Part shown: in pieces, positions 10,553 to 19,830 of the stretch | Layout of the letters: every line of letters begins with the position of its first letter | Numbering within the stretch: the stretch's first letter is position 1 | Assembly (NCBI GenBank): GCA_902761715.1 | Contig: CACWLK010000001.1 | Coordinates: 10,899-74,898, forward strand | Direction of reading: 5' to 3' | DNA: 64,000 nt | DNA from: an uncultured Rhodospirillales bacterium | GTDB taxonomy: Bacteria > Pseudomonadota > Alphaproteobacteria > RF32 > CAG-239 | The notes under the pieces: generated by a model | What the model was told of the DNA's origin: nothing | Databases searched by the model: none | The model's input: the letters and a program-made list of their open reading frames with translations, nothing else | Position numbers and translations under genes: made by a program

Positions 10553-12079
10553 TCAATAATCTTGCAGGTTCATCAGACTATAGTCTTTATCGGCATTGGC
10601 CCAATCTTGCAGTCTGTTTCTGCTTAACACCGGAATCCGCTCCAACTCTGATTTTATCTCCGGATTTTCATTAATCAAAGCCAATCCTGCCAAAACAAAC
10701 GGGTGGATTACTTCGCCGATATCAAGCCCCATTGGTTTATAATCTGTACCTTCCACCACTTGTTTGTTATCTTGTCTTATTTGTTCTAAAAGTGCGTTTT
10801 CAGCTTCTTCTCTTACTTTTGCTGAAGCCAAAGCCTCAACAAATGCCATAGTATATTTTTCTTTTGCGGTTCCGCTTCCCATATATGCGGACATTTCCTT
10901 GGGATATTTTGCCAAAGCTTTGCCCTCAAACCGAGGCAGTGTGCTTACCAATTCCTCTGCCAAAACCACCATTTTGGCAACTTTTTCGGCCTGACGGCAC
11001 AACTCATACTGATATCGTGTCCTCATGTCATAATCGCCGATCAATGGTTGGCGTGCCCTTTCCAACAAAATTGCTGCCACATCAAAAGCTTGTTCGTCAA
11101 TTGCAAAGCTTTTGTTGCACAAAATTCGATTAAGTTTGCGGTCATATACTGCCGCCGCCGGCAAATCATTTTTCAACAATCCTTGTGTTTCACCAAAATG
11201 CAGGTTCATACTTGCTGCACTTTCCATAACCTCATTCCACATTTTGCTTGCCGAAGCATAGGCCTTAAACGCATCTTCTTTTTCGGTAGAGAAAGGCACT
11301 TCATCATAATTTACTTTTTTATACAAATTCAGCTTATAAACTGACTTAAATTTTTCGACCTTAGCATCCAACGACTTGCGCTCATTTGCGGTTCCTCGGG
11401 CGATTTCATTTTGCCTTTCATCAATTTTGGCCAATCTTGTACCTATTTCCTGAATACGTTGTTTTTGCCCTTGAATATTATAATATCTCTCAATATCCTG
11501 TTCGATTTCTTCTTTACTCAGGCTGACATCAAAGCGGGCTCTCACACCCTTAAATTCATTTTTGCGTTGTTCAAACAAACTTCTGAATTTTTTGAGTTTC
11601 GGCATTGCCAACAATTGCATAGCCTTTGATTTTAGACCGTCCGGCGTATTCTTCTCCCACGGAAAAACTTCATCATCGTTTTTATGAGCCAGGAACAAAT
11701 TCAAAAACGAGCGGGCATCATACAAATATTTATCCGGCAACACCGCCAACAGCTCGCCCTTAAAATCGGAGATTTTGTGCAACATATCAAATTCGCTTTG
11801 TTGTTGACGTTCATTATCGACGACCTCACGTTCCAAATCTTGCAGTTCTTTACGCAACGGCTCCAACTCAGCGACCAATTTTTTCTGCTCGTCATGATAA
11901 AATTCCAAACGAGCCGCTTCTGACTGCGTAACCACAAAAGCAGTCTGAGCTCTGTCCCAATCCGGCTCTTTCAAAAAATCCCGATTAGCGACAATATAGT
12001 CCATATCAGCGCTTGAAATTCCGTCATTTACCTGATGTTGCAAAACACCTGATGTTTGTCCAAAATTATTTTCAGCCAT
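10553..12079 (-). CDS. hypothetical coiled-coil protein, about 508 aa
   Basis: Long ORF rich in E/K/Q heptad-like sequence. I placed the start at ATG 12079 (MAENNF), preceded by GAGGAG. The track start is 12109. Confidence 0.6.
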   Translation of the reverse strand: MAENNFGQTSGVLQHQVNDGISSADMDYIVANRDFLKEPDWDRAQTAFVVTQSEAARLEFYHDEQKKLVAELEPLRKELQDLEREVVDNERQQQSEFDMLHKISDFKGELLAVLPDKYLYDARSFLNLFLAHKNDDEVFPWEKNTPDGLKSKAMQLLAMPKLKKFRSLFEQRKNEFKGVRARFDVSLSKEEIEQDIERYYNIQGQKQRIQEIGTRLAKIDERQNEIARGTANERKSLDAKVEKFKSVYKLNLYKKVNYDEVPFSTEKEDAFKAYASASKMWNEVMESAASMNLHFGETQGLLKNDLPAAAVYDRKLNRILCNKSFAIDEQAFDVAAILLERARQPLIGDYDMRTRYQYELCRQAEKVAKMVVLAEELVSTLPRFEGKALAKYPKEMSAYMGSGTAKEKYTMAFVEALASAKVREEAENALLEQIRQDNKQVVEGTDYKPMGLDIGEVIHPFVLAGLALINENPEIKSELERIPVLSRNRLQDWANADKDYSLMNLQDY

Positions 12080-12152
12080 CTTCAAAATCTCCTCATTGTT
12101 TTTAATCATACAAACAATAAATTTGTTTGCAACAACAAAAAGAAAGACATTT

Positions 12153-13244
12153 TTATTTTACTTTTTTCCACCAATGAGAAAACTCTTGTTTTTCGTGCAA
12201 ATTGACCACCTCGCCTATTTGCGGCGTCATCAAATGATAATCCTCGCCTTCGCTCAGTTTTGCCACTCTGTCGAGCGGATCATACCACGCATGATTACAG
12301 ATTGAAAACTTTGAGTTATGCACCGGCAACACTCTTTCTGCCTTCAAATCTCTTGCGGCCTGTACAATTTCGTCCGGCTGTTCGTGGATATATTTCCAAT
12401 TTTTATCATATTGACCGGCCTCCAAAATTGCCAAATCGACACCGCCGAATTTTTCCCCGATTTGCGCATAATGAACATCATACCCTGAATCACCGCCGAT
12501 ATAAACTTTATAGTTCGGAGTACTCAGCATAAACGACGCCCACAGACTGCGGCTTCTCCACAAGCTCCGGCCCGAAAAATGTCTTGCCGGCAAACACATA
12601 ATTTCCGCCCCATCGAGAGCAAGATTTTCGCCCCAATCGAGTTCGGAGATTTTTTCGTTTTCCACTCCCCAGTAGCGCAAATGCGACCCCACGCCCAGTC
12701 CGGTAATAAAATGCCCGACTTGCGGCGCAATTTTCTTAATTGTTTCATAGTCCAAATGGTCATAATGGTCGTGAGTAATAACCATATAATCGACTTCCGG
12801 CATATCGTCGGCACTATATACATTTGTCCCCTTAAAAGGCACAACATTATACGGTATCGGCGAGGCATTGTTGCTAAACACCGGATCAATCAAATACTTT
12901 TTGCCGCCGAGTTGGATATAATACGACGAATGCCCGAACCACACCAAAACATCTTGATTTTCAGCCAAAGACTTCAGGTTTGCCTTAATTGTCGGAATAG
13001 GCTTGTTTGGTTTTGTATCCGGATGATTACCAAAATAAAAATCGCTCATTGTCGCCACAAAATTGCCCTCGCCTGTCATCACCGGCGTATTATGCAGATT
13101 TTGAAAACGTCCGTTTTTATAGTTTGGCGATTTAACAATCTTTTGCATGCTGATTTTGTCCGGCAAATGCCCAAACTTTGGCAGATTGATATACCCGACA
13201 AACACCGCCGTTAAAACAGCTAAAATTATAATACTCATTTTCAT
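12153..13244 (-). CDS. membrane-anchored MBL-fold metallo-hydrolase
   Basis: VITHDHYDHLD (HxHxDH) motif, an N-terminal TM segment, and AAGGGAGA as SD. Confidence 0.75.
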   Translation of the reverse strand: MKMSIIILAVLTAVFVGYINLPKFGHLPDKISMQKIVKSPNYKNGRFQNLHNTPVMTGEGNFVATMSDFYFGNHPDTKPNKPIPTIKANLKSLAENQDVLVWFGHSSYYIQLGGKKYLIDPVFSNNASPIPYNVVPFKGTNVYSADDMPEVDYMVITHDHYDHLDYETIKKIAPQVGHFITGLGVGSHLRYWGVENEKISELDWGENLALDGAEIMCLPARHFSGRSLWRSRSLWASFMLSTPNYKVYIGGDSGYDVHYAQIGEKFGGVDLAILEAGQYDKNWKYIHEQPDEIVQAARDLKAERVLPVHNSKFSICNHAWYDPLDRVAKLSEGEDYHLMTPQIGEVVNLHEKQEFSHWWKKVK

Positions 13245-13355
13245 AATTTTCTCCCTTTACCGGCAAAAATATCATCAAAAAAATCATTTTGACAAGCAAA
13301 AAATCTCCCCACCCCACACACCGCCAGATAGGAAGGGAAAACAACTTATAAGCAT

Positions 13356-14453
13356 CTATTTTGAAGTATTTCTTCTCAAAAATTCTTTTCTACATTTGTC
13401 ATAAACATCATCATTTGTTTCAAGTAACAAAATAGGTTTTAATGTACCGTATTGAAAAAAATGCTCCAATGATGAAGGCAGATTGTATATTTTTTCAACA
13501 TAATATTCAAAACTATTTCTAATTTGATAGTATATTATATCTTGATGATAATTTGTATTAAGATAATCTATACTCTTTCCTTTATCAGAAAGACTATCCC
13601 CAAATTTTACCACATTTATATCCTCAAAATCATCTTTATAATAAATCCAACAATACTCTGGTTGCACAATGAAATACCTACCATCATCAATATGACAACA
13701 ATACAATTCCATTAAAATGGTTTCATGGTATTTAAGATAAAGATTATCTTTACAAGTGATGCCAATAGACGTACTCCAATCATAAGTTCCTATATCTTGT
13801 ATATGATGAAATTTTATTGTAAATTCAGGAAAATCACTATAGTAATACACAGAATCTCCATCTATAGTGATAGACTGCCATTTTTCTGTATCCTGAATAT
13901 ATATAGATAATCTATCGAGGGGATTTAATGTTAAGCCAAAACGCTCTTGCCACATTTGAGCAATTTGATATTCTGAAGCCGTATTATTAATAGGCGTATT
14001 TACAGCACCATCTCTGGTATATATAACTCCAGCTCTAATAATTCTTTCTTTATTTTCTTTTCCAATAACTTTATCTTTTAATAAAAAATAAGGTTTATTT
14101 CTCATGTTTTTGATTATAATGACATCAACGCATCCTTCTTTTGTTTTTAATGATCGGATAAACGTTGTTGGTTTGATATTAAAATTCGAGTTTTGTATTA
14201 AATTGTGAATATTTTCTTCTGATTTTCGATTTGCATCATTTGATACATCTTTTATTTTCTTTGTTTTGTTCTCAATCCCAATTATTAAATACTTATCAGA
14301 ATCAGTACAAGAATTTGCCATACATAAAATATCATAAATTAACTCACCTGCATTGTGATACCATTCTTGTTTAAAGTCTAAATAGTCAGATTCTTCATGC
14401 GTTAAAAGACTATATAAATTTTCATCATTTGTGTATTGAGAATCATTTGTCAT
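13356..14453 (-). CDS. Schlafen/AlbA_2-domain protein with unassigned C-terminal half
   Basis: The N-terminus EESDYLDFKQEW...ANSCTDSDKYLIIGIENKT resembles the AlbA_2 (divergent AAA, Schlafen-type) fold. The ATG overlaps the upstream stop as ATGA. The gene is very AT-rich. Confidence 0.6.
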   Translation of the reverse strand: MTNDSQYTNDENLYSLLTHEESDYLDFKQEWYHNAGELIYDILCMANSCTDSDKYLIIGIENKTKKIKDVSNDANRKSEENIHNLIQNSNFNIKPTTFIRSLKTKEGCVDVIIIKNMRNKPYFLLKDKVIGKENKERIIRAGVIYTRDGAVNTPINNTASEYQIAQMWQERFGLTLNPLDRLSIYIQDTEKWQSITIDGDSVYYYSDFPEFTIKFHHIQDIGTYDWSTSIGITCKDNLYLKYHETILMELYCCHIDDGRYFIVQPEYCWIYYKDDFEDINVVKFGDSLSDKGKSIDYLNTNYHQDIIYYQIRNSFEYYVEKIYNLPSSLEHFFQYGTLKPILLLETNDDVYDKCRKEFLRRNTSK

Positions 14454-17400
14454 TCTACTCCTGCCTCATCAATTTGTTGCATGAGTTGGTTGGTTAGATA
14501 TAGAGCATTGATAATTTTTGCATAATGTTTAATATCATCAAAAGAAAGTTCCTTGTCTTTGCGGTCTTTGAGCCATTTTTGCGCCGGTTGGTAACCACCG
14601 ATATAAAAGTTCCAAGCGACTTCCGGAACGTTATCAAAATATTGCGTATCGTTGATATATACTTTACCTTCCGCAAAAACCAGTTTTGTTACAATGTTAT
14701 CGCCGCTTACCGGATAGCCGATGGCTAATGTATTCAGTTTATCGCTCTCAAGTAGATGAATCTTACGGATTTGCGAACCTAAATCAACCAATTTCCAGAA
14801 TTTTGCTTTATCTGCTGGGTAAGGCACTTTCGGAAAATCAATTTTTAAGAACTCTTTATAGGTTTCACGATATTTGGGTGAATGTAACACGGCATAAATG
14901 TAATCTAATACATCAATCGGAGCAAAAGTTTCCGGTTCTTCCGTTTTTTCTTCGGTAAACTTCAATTTTAACCCATCAGCAAACTTTTGAATAATTTTGC
15001 CATCAAAATTAGGATGCCGTGAATTATCTAAATCTTCATAGACATAAAGAGGAAAACCATAGCTAATTTCGCTTGTTTTGTTTGAAACTATTGAGGATTC
15101 AAAGCAATTATCACAAATAAAGACATGATGATATTCAGGAAAGGCCTTAAATTGTTTACACAACAGTAATCCTAAATTATCTCTATTGAGAAAATGTTTC
15201 ATAACTGCTTCACGTGGGCGTTCAATATAGGTGGTATCATAATAAACATATTTGTTATCAAATGGACGATATGTAACTGACTGTATTTTACTACTATCAG
15301 CCTCAATATTATAGTAAGATGCGACAGAAGATGAAAGTTCATCAACTGTTTCTTTTACAAGTATACTGTCTTTTGCCGTAACAATTCCAACATTATTTAA
15401 TTTAAATAATTCCGTAATACCAAAACCTTTATCATATTTCTTGGATAGTCCAAAGTCTTTCTTTACAAAGAAATAATATGGTGCTTGATGTTCCAATTTA
15501 TTGAAATCTATACCATTCAAGCTGTGTTCTGCCAAAAACTCGTACTTATTTTCTCTTTTACCATAAAGGTCACAATGATAGACCTCAGCAAGCTGTCCTT
15601 TTCTTTTGGCATTTGTTTTGATAAACAAATTGATGGAAACACCTTGCTGTATATCAAATACATTCTCATCTTTTGAGCCATCGGGACAAGTTTCTTTCTT
15701 TTTGGCGTTACCGTGTAAATCCAAAATATAGATTTTATCAAAAGTATTTAATAAATGCCAACGCATTCCTCTGAAAGTCGGATTATCTAAGAAACTATGA
15801 TTGTTAATATAAGCTAAAATTCCTGTATTGTTTTTTTCAATGAATTGTTCGGCATAGCGGATAAATTTAACATAGTCATCATTAATCCACTTAGGGTTCT
15901 TTTCTTGTAATTTTCCTCCCGTTGGCTCTTGCTTATAAACATCTATCAGATTTGTTATCCATTCACCTTTATTTGAACTTTCGCCACTATACGGTGGATT
16001 TCCTAATACAACCATTACCGGAACATCACGTTTAACTTCATTAGCCTCTTCTGCTTCTTGGGATAGCCAACTGGCGAACAAAGTTCCAGAGTCTGGGTGT
16101 GGTTCTTCTAAACTATTTGTCAGATAAACTTTCAAGCGGTCGTTTTGTGTTGCTTTATAACCGGTTTCTTTCAAAATCAAATCTAGCTTCAAATGTGCCA
16201 TGGCATAAGATGCCATTAAAATCTCAAAACCATGTAATCTCGGTAGTAAATGTTGTTCTACATAGCTTGACCACATTCCCTGCATTGGTATAAATTTCTC
16301 ATGAATTTGGCGAATAACTTCGGCTAAAAATGTTCCGGTTCCGGTGGCAGGGTCTAATATTTGAACACGATGTACTTCTTTTTCTTCTTTTTTAAATTTA
16401 TCCTTACTTTCATTTCGGAGAGTAATTTTTGTTTTTGATGTATCTGCTAATCCATCAGCCAAACCAAATTCATTCTTTAATATGTCGTCAACAGCCCGCA
16501 CAATAAAATTAACTACCGGTTGCGGTGTATACCAAACTCCGCGAGATTTACGAAGCTTTGGGTCATATTCGCTCAAAAAGGTTTCATAAAAGTGAATTAT
16601 CGGGTCTTGCGTTTTGGTTGCTTTACCAAAATCTTTCAAAATATCGTGCAAATTAACAGCAACAAAAACATCGGCTAAATCGTCAACAATCCATTTAATA
16701 CGGTCATCAAGTGTCGGACCTGCGATATAACTGAATAGATTTCGCAAAAAAGGATTAGACTTCGGTATGCACTCACAAGCCTCTTGTCTGGAAAAATTTT
16801 CTAATGATGTATCATTCAAACGTCCGGCGAACATACCATAGGCAATAGTTTGTGCGTAAACATCTGCAAATTCTTCTTTAGATATATCACTAATCAATAT
16901 CTTTTGAAATGCAGTCATTTGGTCTTGAAGGGTTCGGTTATCATAACTGTTATCATTACTATTTAAGGCATTTTTTATAACATCAGCCAACAATCTGGCT
17001 TTTCCTGCCATCATTTTAGCCAACTTTGAAGCAGAATGTATTGTCTGTCCTCTATAAGCACAGAAATTAACAATTAAGTCATTAAATTCTTGAAAACGCT
17101 CTGTATTGGCGACAACTTTGCCGTTTTCTATATGACCAATACGAACTGTTGTAACTTTTTCTCCATCCCGATAAAAACGAAATTCAAGATAGTTCGTAAT
17201 AATAAGATTGTTTAAACTGTTACGATAACGGTCAAATTGCTCTTTATGATTTTTATTATCTAAATCATCATCAAGGTCTTTAGCTTCAATATATCCAAGT
17301 GGAATATTATTTTTGGTAATAACATAATCAGGTGCTCCACACGAGATACGAGCAGGCTCATTAGTCGCAATAATGCCTGTTACGAGCTTTTCTATTAAGG

Positions 17401-17488
17401 TTTGTAAGTCTCCGCGATATGAATGTTCCCGCGATATTCCGGTTTTATATCTTTTGTTAATTTCGTTAATATAGTCCGCTATAGGCAT
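14450..17488 (-). CDS. single-chain Type IIG-like restriction-modification enzyme (nuclease + gamma-class N6-adenine methylase + TRD)
   Basis: D54-X13-E68-A-K70 (GAPDYVITKNNIPLGYIEAKD), then ILDPATGTGTFL (motif I), then LGNPPYSG (motif IV). The C-terminal region resembles the Type ISP/YeeA-like specificity end. Confidence 0.8.
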   Translation of the reverse strand: MPIADYINEINKRYKTGISREHSYRGDLQTLIEKLVTGIIATNEPARISCGAPDYVITKNNIPLGYIEAKDLDDDLDNKNHKEQFDRYRNSLNNLIITNYLEFRFYRDGEKVTTVRIGHIENGKVVANTERFQEFNDLIVNFCAYRGQTIHSASKLAKMMAGKARLLADVIKNALNSNDNSYDNRTLQDQMTAFQKILISDISKEEFADVYAQTIAYGMFAGRLNDTSLENFSRQEACECIPKSNPFLRNLFSYIAGPTLDDRIKWIVDDLADVFVAVNLHDILKDFGKATKTQDPIIHFYETFLSEYDPKLRKSRGVWYTPQPVVNFIVRAVDDILKNEFGLADGLADTSKTKITLRNESKDKFKKEEKEVHRVQILDPATGTGTFLAEVIRQIHEKFIPMQGMWSSYVEQHLLPRLHGFEILMASYAMAHLKLDLILKETGYKATQNDRLKVYLTNSLEEPHPDSGTLFASWLSQEAEEANEVKRDVPVMVVLGNPPYSGESSNKGEWITNLIDVYKQEPTGGKLQEKNPKWINDDYVKFIRYAEQFIEKNNTGILAYINNHSFLDNPTFRGMRWHLLNTFDKIYILDLHGNAKKKETCPDGSKDENVFDIQQGVSINLFIKTNAKRKGQLAEVYHCDLYGKRENKYEFLAEHSLNGIDFNKLEHQAPYYFFVKKDFGLSKKYDKGFGITELFKLNNVGIVTAKDSILVKETVDELSSSVASYYNIEADSSKIQSVTYRPFDNKYVYYDTTYIERPREAVMKHFLNRDNLGLLLCKQFKAFPEYHHVFICDNCFESSIVSNKTSEISYGFPLYVYEDLDNSRHPNFDGKIIQKFADGLKLKFTEEKTEEPETFAPIDVLDYIYAVLHSPKYRETYKEFLKIDFPKVPYPADKAKFWKLVDLGSQIRKIHLLESDKLNTLAIGYPVSGDNIVTKLVFAEGKVYINDTQYFDNVPEVAWNFYIGGYQPAQKWLKDRKDKELSFDDIKHYAKIINALYLTNQLMQQIDEAGVE

Positions 17489-17598
17489 TGTATTTCCTTT
17501 TCGTTATCTATTATGCCCGGATTTTATCCTAATTCCCCTTAAAATCAAGTTAATTCTCCCTCCCACTATATTTTTCCCCACCTGCTCAAAAAAAATCC

Positions 17599-17629
17599 TT
17601 GACTTAGACCCTACTCTAAAGTTTAGACT
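17599..17629 (+). promoter_or_regulatory. candidate MerR-style promoter (TTGACT, 19 bp, TAGACT) of the flavoprotein operon
   Basis: -35 box at 17599-17604 and -10 box at 17624-17629. The 19-bp spacer carries the imperfect dyad ACTTAGAC...CTCTAAAGT. A GCGCAT-N5-ATGCGC dyad follows at 17642-17658. Confidence 0.4.
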
Positions 17630-17712
17630 ACTCCCATAATAGCGCATCATATATGCGCAATCTCGTTTTGCACATCAAAACCGGAGCTTTTTAACTATCA
17701 AAGGATAAAACC

Positions 17713-18309
17713 ATGAAAAAGATTATATTAGCCCTGACCATCTTAACCATAATCTTGCTCTCTTGGGCAGTCAAAGCAGAGGAAAAAAACATGAAAACAT
17801 TGATTGTATATTTTTCACGCACCGGCGAACAATACAGCGTCGGCAACATCACTAAAGGCAACACCGCAATCGTTGCTGAAATGATTGCTCGTGAAACCAA
17901 CGGCGATTTGTTTGAAGTCAAACTCCAATCTGATACCTACCCCGCCGGTTATACAGAACTCACACAGGTCGCAAAACAGGAAAAATCTCAAAACACCCGC
18001 CCCGCCATCATTGGCGATGTCGAAAACTTTGACGACTATGACGTCGTTTTCGTCGGCTCTCCTGTTTGGTGGGCAGATATGCCTATGGCACTCTATACTT
18101 TTATTGAAAAACATGACTGGTCGGGCAAAACCGTCGTTCCGTTCGTAACCCACGAAGGCAGCGGTTTATCCGAGATTCCCGCCAACCTCAAAAAAGCCAC
18201 CGGTGCCAAAACCCTGAGCGGATTGGCAATTTACGGACACGAGGCACAAAACTCTCCCGATAAGGTACAAACCAAGGTTTCTGTTTGGCTCAAAGAATTA
18301 GGTTTTTAA
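17713..18309 (+). CDS. flavodoxin-fold protein with signal-peptide-like N-terminus
   Basis: MKKIILALTILTIILLSWAVKA is followed by LIVYFSRTGEQY and VVFVGSPVWW. An internal SD+ATG sits at 17791. Confidence 0.75.
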   Translation: MKKIILALTILTIILLSWAVKAEEKNMKTLIVYFSRTGEQYSVGNITKGNTAIVAEMIARETNGDLFEVKLQSDTYPAGYTELTQVAKQEKSQNTRPAIIGDVENFDDYDVVFVGSPVWWADMPMALYTFIEKHDWSGKTVVPFVTHEGSGLSEIPANLKKATGAKTLSGLAIYGHEAQNSPDKVQTKVSVWLKELGF

Positions 18310-18324
18310 CAAAGGAAAATTATC

Positions 18325-19173
18325 ATGACACAAACTTATTTAACCTTAAATAACGGCGAAAAAATGCCCCAATTCGGCTTGGGTGTATATTTGGTTCCCG
18401 ATGGAGAAGAAACCGTAAACGCCTGCCTCAACGCCCTAAAACTCGGCTACCGTCATATAGATACCGCCCACGCCTACCAAAACGAGCGTGGCGTCGGCAC
18501 AGCTTTGAAACAAAGTGGCCTAAAACGTAGCGAAGTCTGGATTACCACCAAACTTTGGCCGACCGAATACGGCGAAGGTCAAACCCTTGAAGCCATCGAT
18601 AAAATGCTTGACCGCCTGCAGACCGACTATATTGACCTTCTGCTGCTTCACCAACAGGTCGGCGACTATATCGGCGCATGGAAAGATATGGAAAAAGCCG
18701 TCAAACTCGGCAAAGTCAAATCTATCGGAATTTCTAATTTTAAGGAAAATCTTGACGACTTGCTTAATCACGCCACCATCAAACCCGCCGCAATTCAGGT
18801 TGAATGCCACCCTTATTTTCCTCAGCATGAACTAAAAAAACGTATGGCCGAATACGGTACAATCATTGAAAGCTGGTATCCGATCGGTCACGGTGACCCC
18901 AAATTGATTAATGAGCCTGTCTTTACAAAACTTGCTCAAAAATATGGCAAAACTAATGTTCAAATCATTCTGCGTTGGCATATTCAAGAGGGAAATTCTG
19001 TCTTCCCCAAAACTACCAATCTTGAACATATGCGCGACAATTTTGATATTTTTGATTTTGAACTGACTGCCGATGAAATGCGCGAAATCGCCAAACTCGA
19101 CAACGGACAGCGTTATTACACCGCCTCCCTTACCGAACAACAACGTTTTACTCAATGGAAACCTGCAGATTAG
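18325..19173 (+). CDS. aldo/keto reductase
   Basis: GYRHIDTAHAYQNE, DLLLLHQ and SVFPKTTNLEHMRDN motifs, at the typical AKR length of 282 aa. Confidence 0.85.
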   Translation: MTQTYLTLNNGEKMPQFGLGVYLVPDGEETVNACLNALKLGYRHIDTAHAYQNERGVGTALKQSGLKRSEVWITTKLWPTEYGEGQTLEAIDKMLDRLQTDYIDLLLLHQQVGDYIGAWKDMEKAVKLGKVKSIGISNFKENLDDLLNHATIKPAAIQVECHPYFPQHELKKRMAEYGTIIESWYPIGHGDPKLINEPVFTKLAQKYGKTNVQIILRWHIQEGNSVFPKTTNLEHMRDNFDIFDFELTADEMREIAKLDNGQRYYTASLTEQQRFTQWKPAD

Positions 19174-19185
19174 GAGAAAATTATA

Positions 19186-19821
19186 ATGAAAGTCTTGCTT
19201 GTTAATGGTTCTCCGCACAAAAACGGATGTACCTTTACTGCTTTGAATGAAATCGCTCAAACTCTTAAAACTGAAGGTATCGATTCTGAAATTTATCACA
19301 TCGGCACCAAACCTATATCCGGCTGTCTCGGTTGCGGAAGTTGTAGCAAACTCGGTCATTGCGTAATTGATGACAAAGTCAACGAGTTTCTTGAGCTTGC
19401 TAAAAACGCTGATGCTTTTATTTTCGGCTCTCCCGTACATTATGCCTCTGCCGGTGGTGCAATAACATCTTTTCTAGACCGAGCTTTCTTTTCAGCATTT
19501 ATGTCCGGTAACGACGCAATTTTCCGCCACAAACCGGGAGCCGCCGTTGCCAGTGCTCGTCGCTCGGGAACTACCGCAACTCTTGATCAACTCAATAAAT
19601 ATTTCACCATATCCGAAATGCCCGTAATATCCGGCAGATATTGGAATATGGTACACGGGCATACACCCGATGAAGTCCGACAAGACCTTGAGGGCCTGCA
19701 AAATATGCGCATATTAGCCCGCAATATGGCTTGGCACCTAAAATGTCAGGAAGCTGGTAAAAAAGCCGGTGTGCCTATGCCCGCAGAAGAACAAATTGTG
19801 TTTACCAACTTTATCCGATAG
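19186..19821 (+). CDS. NAD(P)H-dependent FMN reductase / iron-sulfur flavoprotein-like
   Basis: MKVLLVNGSPHKNGCT, the Cys cluster CLGCGSCSKLGHC, and GSPVHYAS. Confidence 0.7.
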   Translation: MKVLLVNGSPHKNGCTFTALNEIAQTLKTEGIDSEIYHIGTKPISGCLGCGSCSKLGHCVIDDKVNEFLELAKNADAFIFGSPVHYASAGGAITSFLDRAFFSAFMSGNDAIFRHKPGAAVASARRSGTTATLDQLNKYFTISEMPVISGRYWNMVHGHTPDEVRQDLEGLQNMRILARNMAWHLKCQEAGKKAGVPMPAEEQIVFTNFIR

Positions 19822-19830
19822 GAGAAATAC

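Noticed and set aside
13306-17582. An 8-bp direct repeat TCCCCACC at 13306-13313 and 17575-17582 that brackets the Type IIG/AlbA_2 island and could be a target-site duplication.
   Set aside because: An 8-mer match between two flanks of about 100 bp is expected by chance at a non-trivial rate, roughly one in seven by a crude estimate. No integrase, transposase or inverted repeats accompany it.
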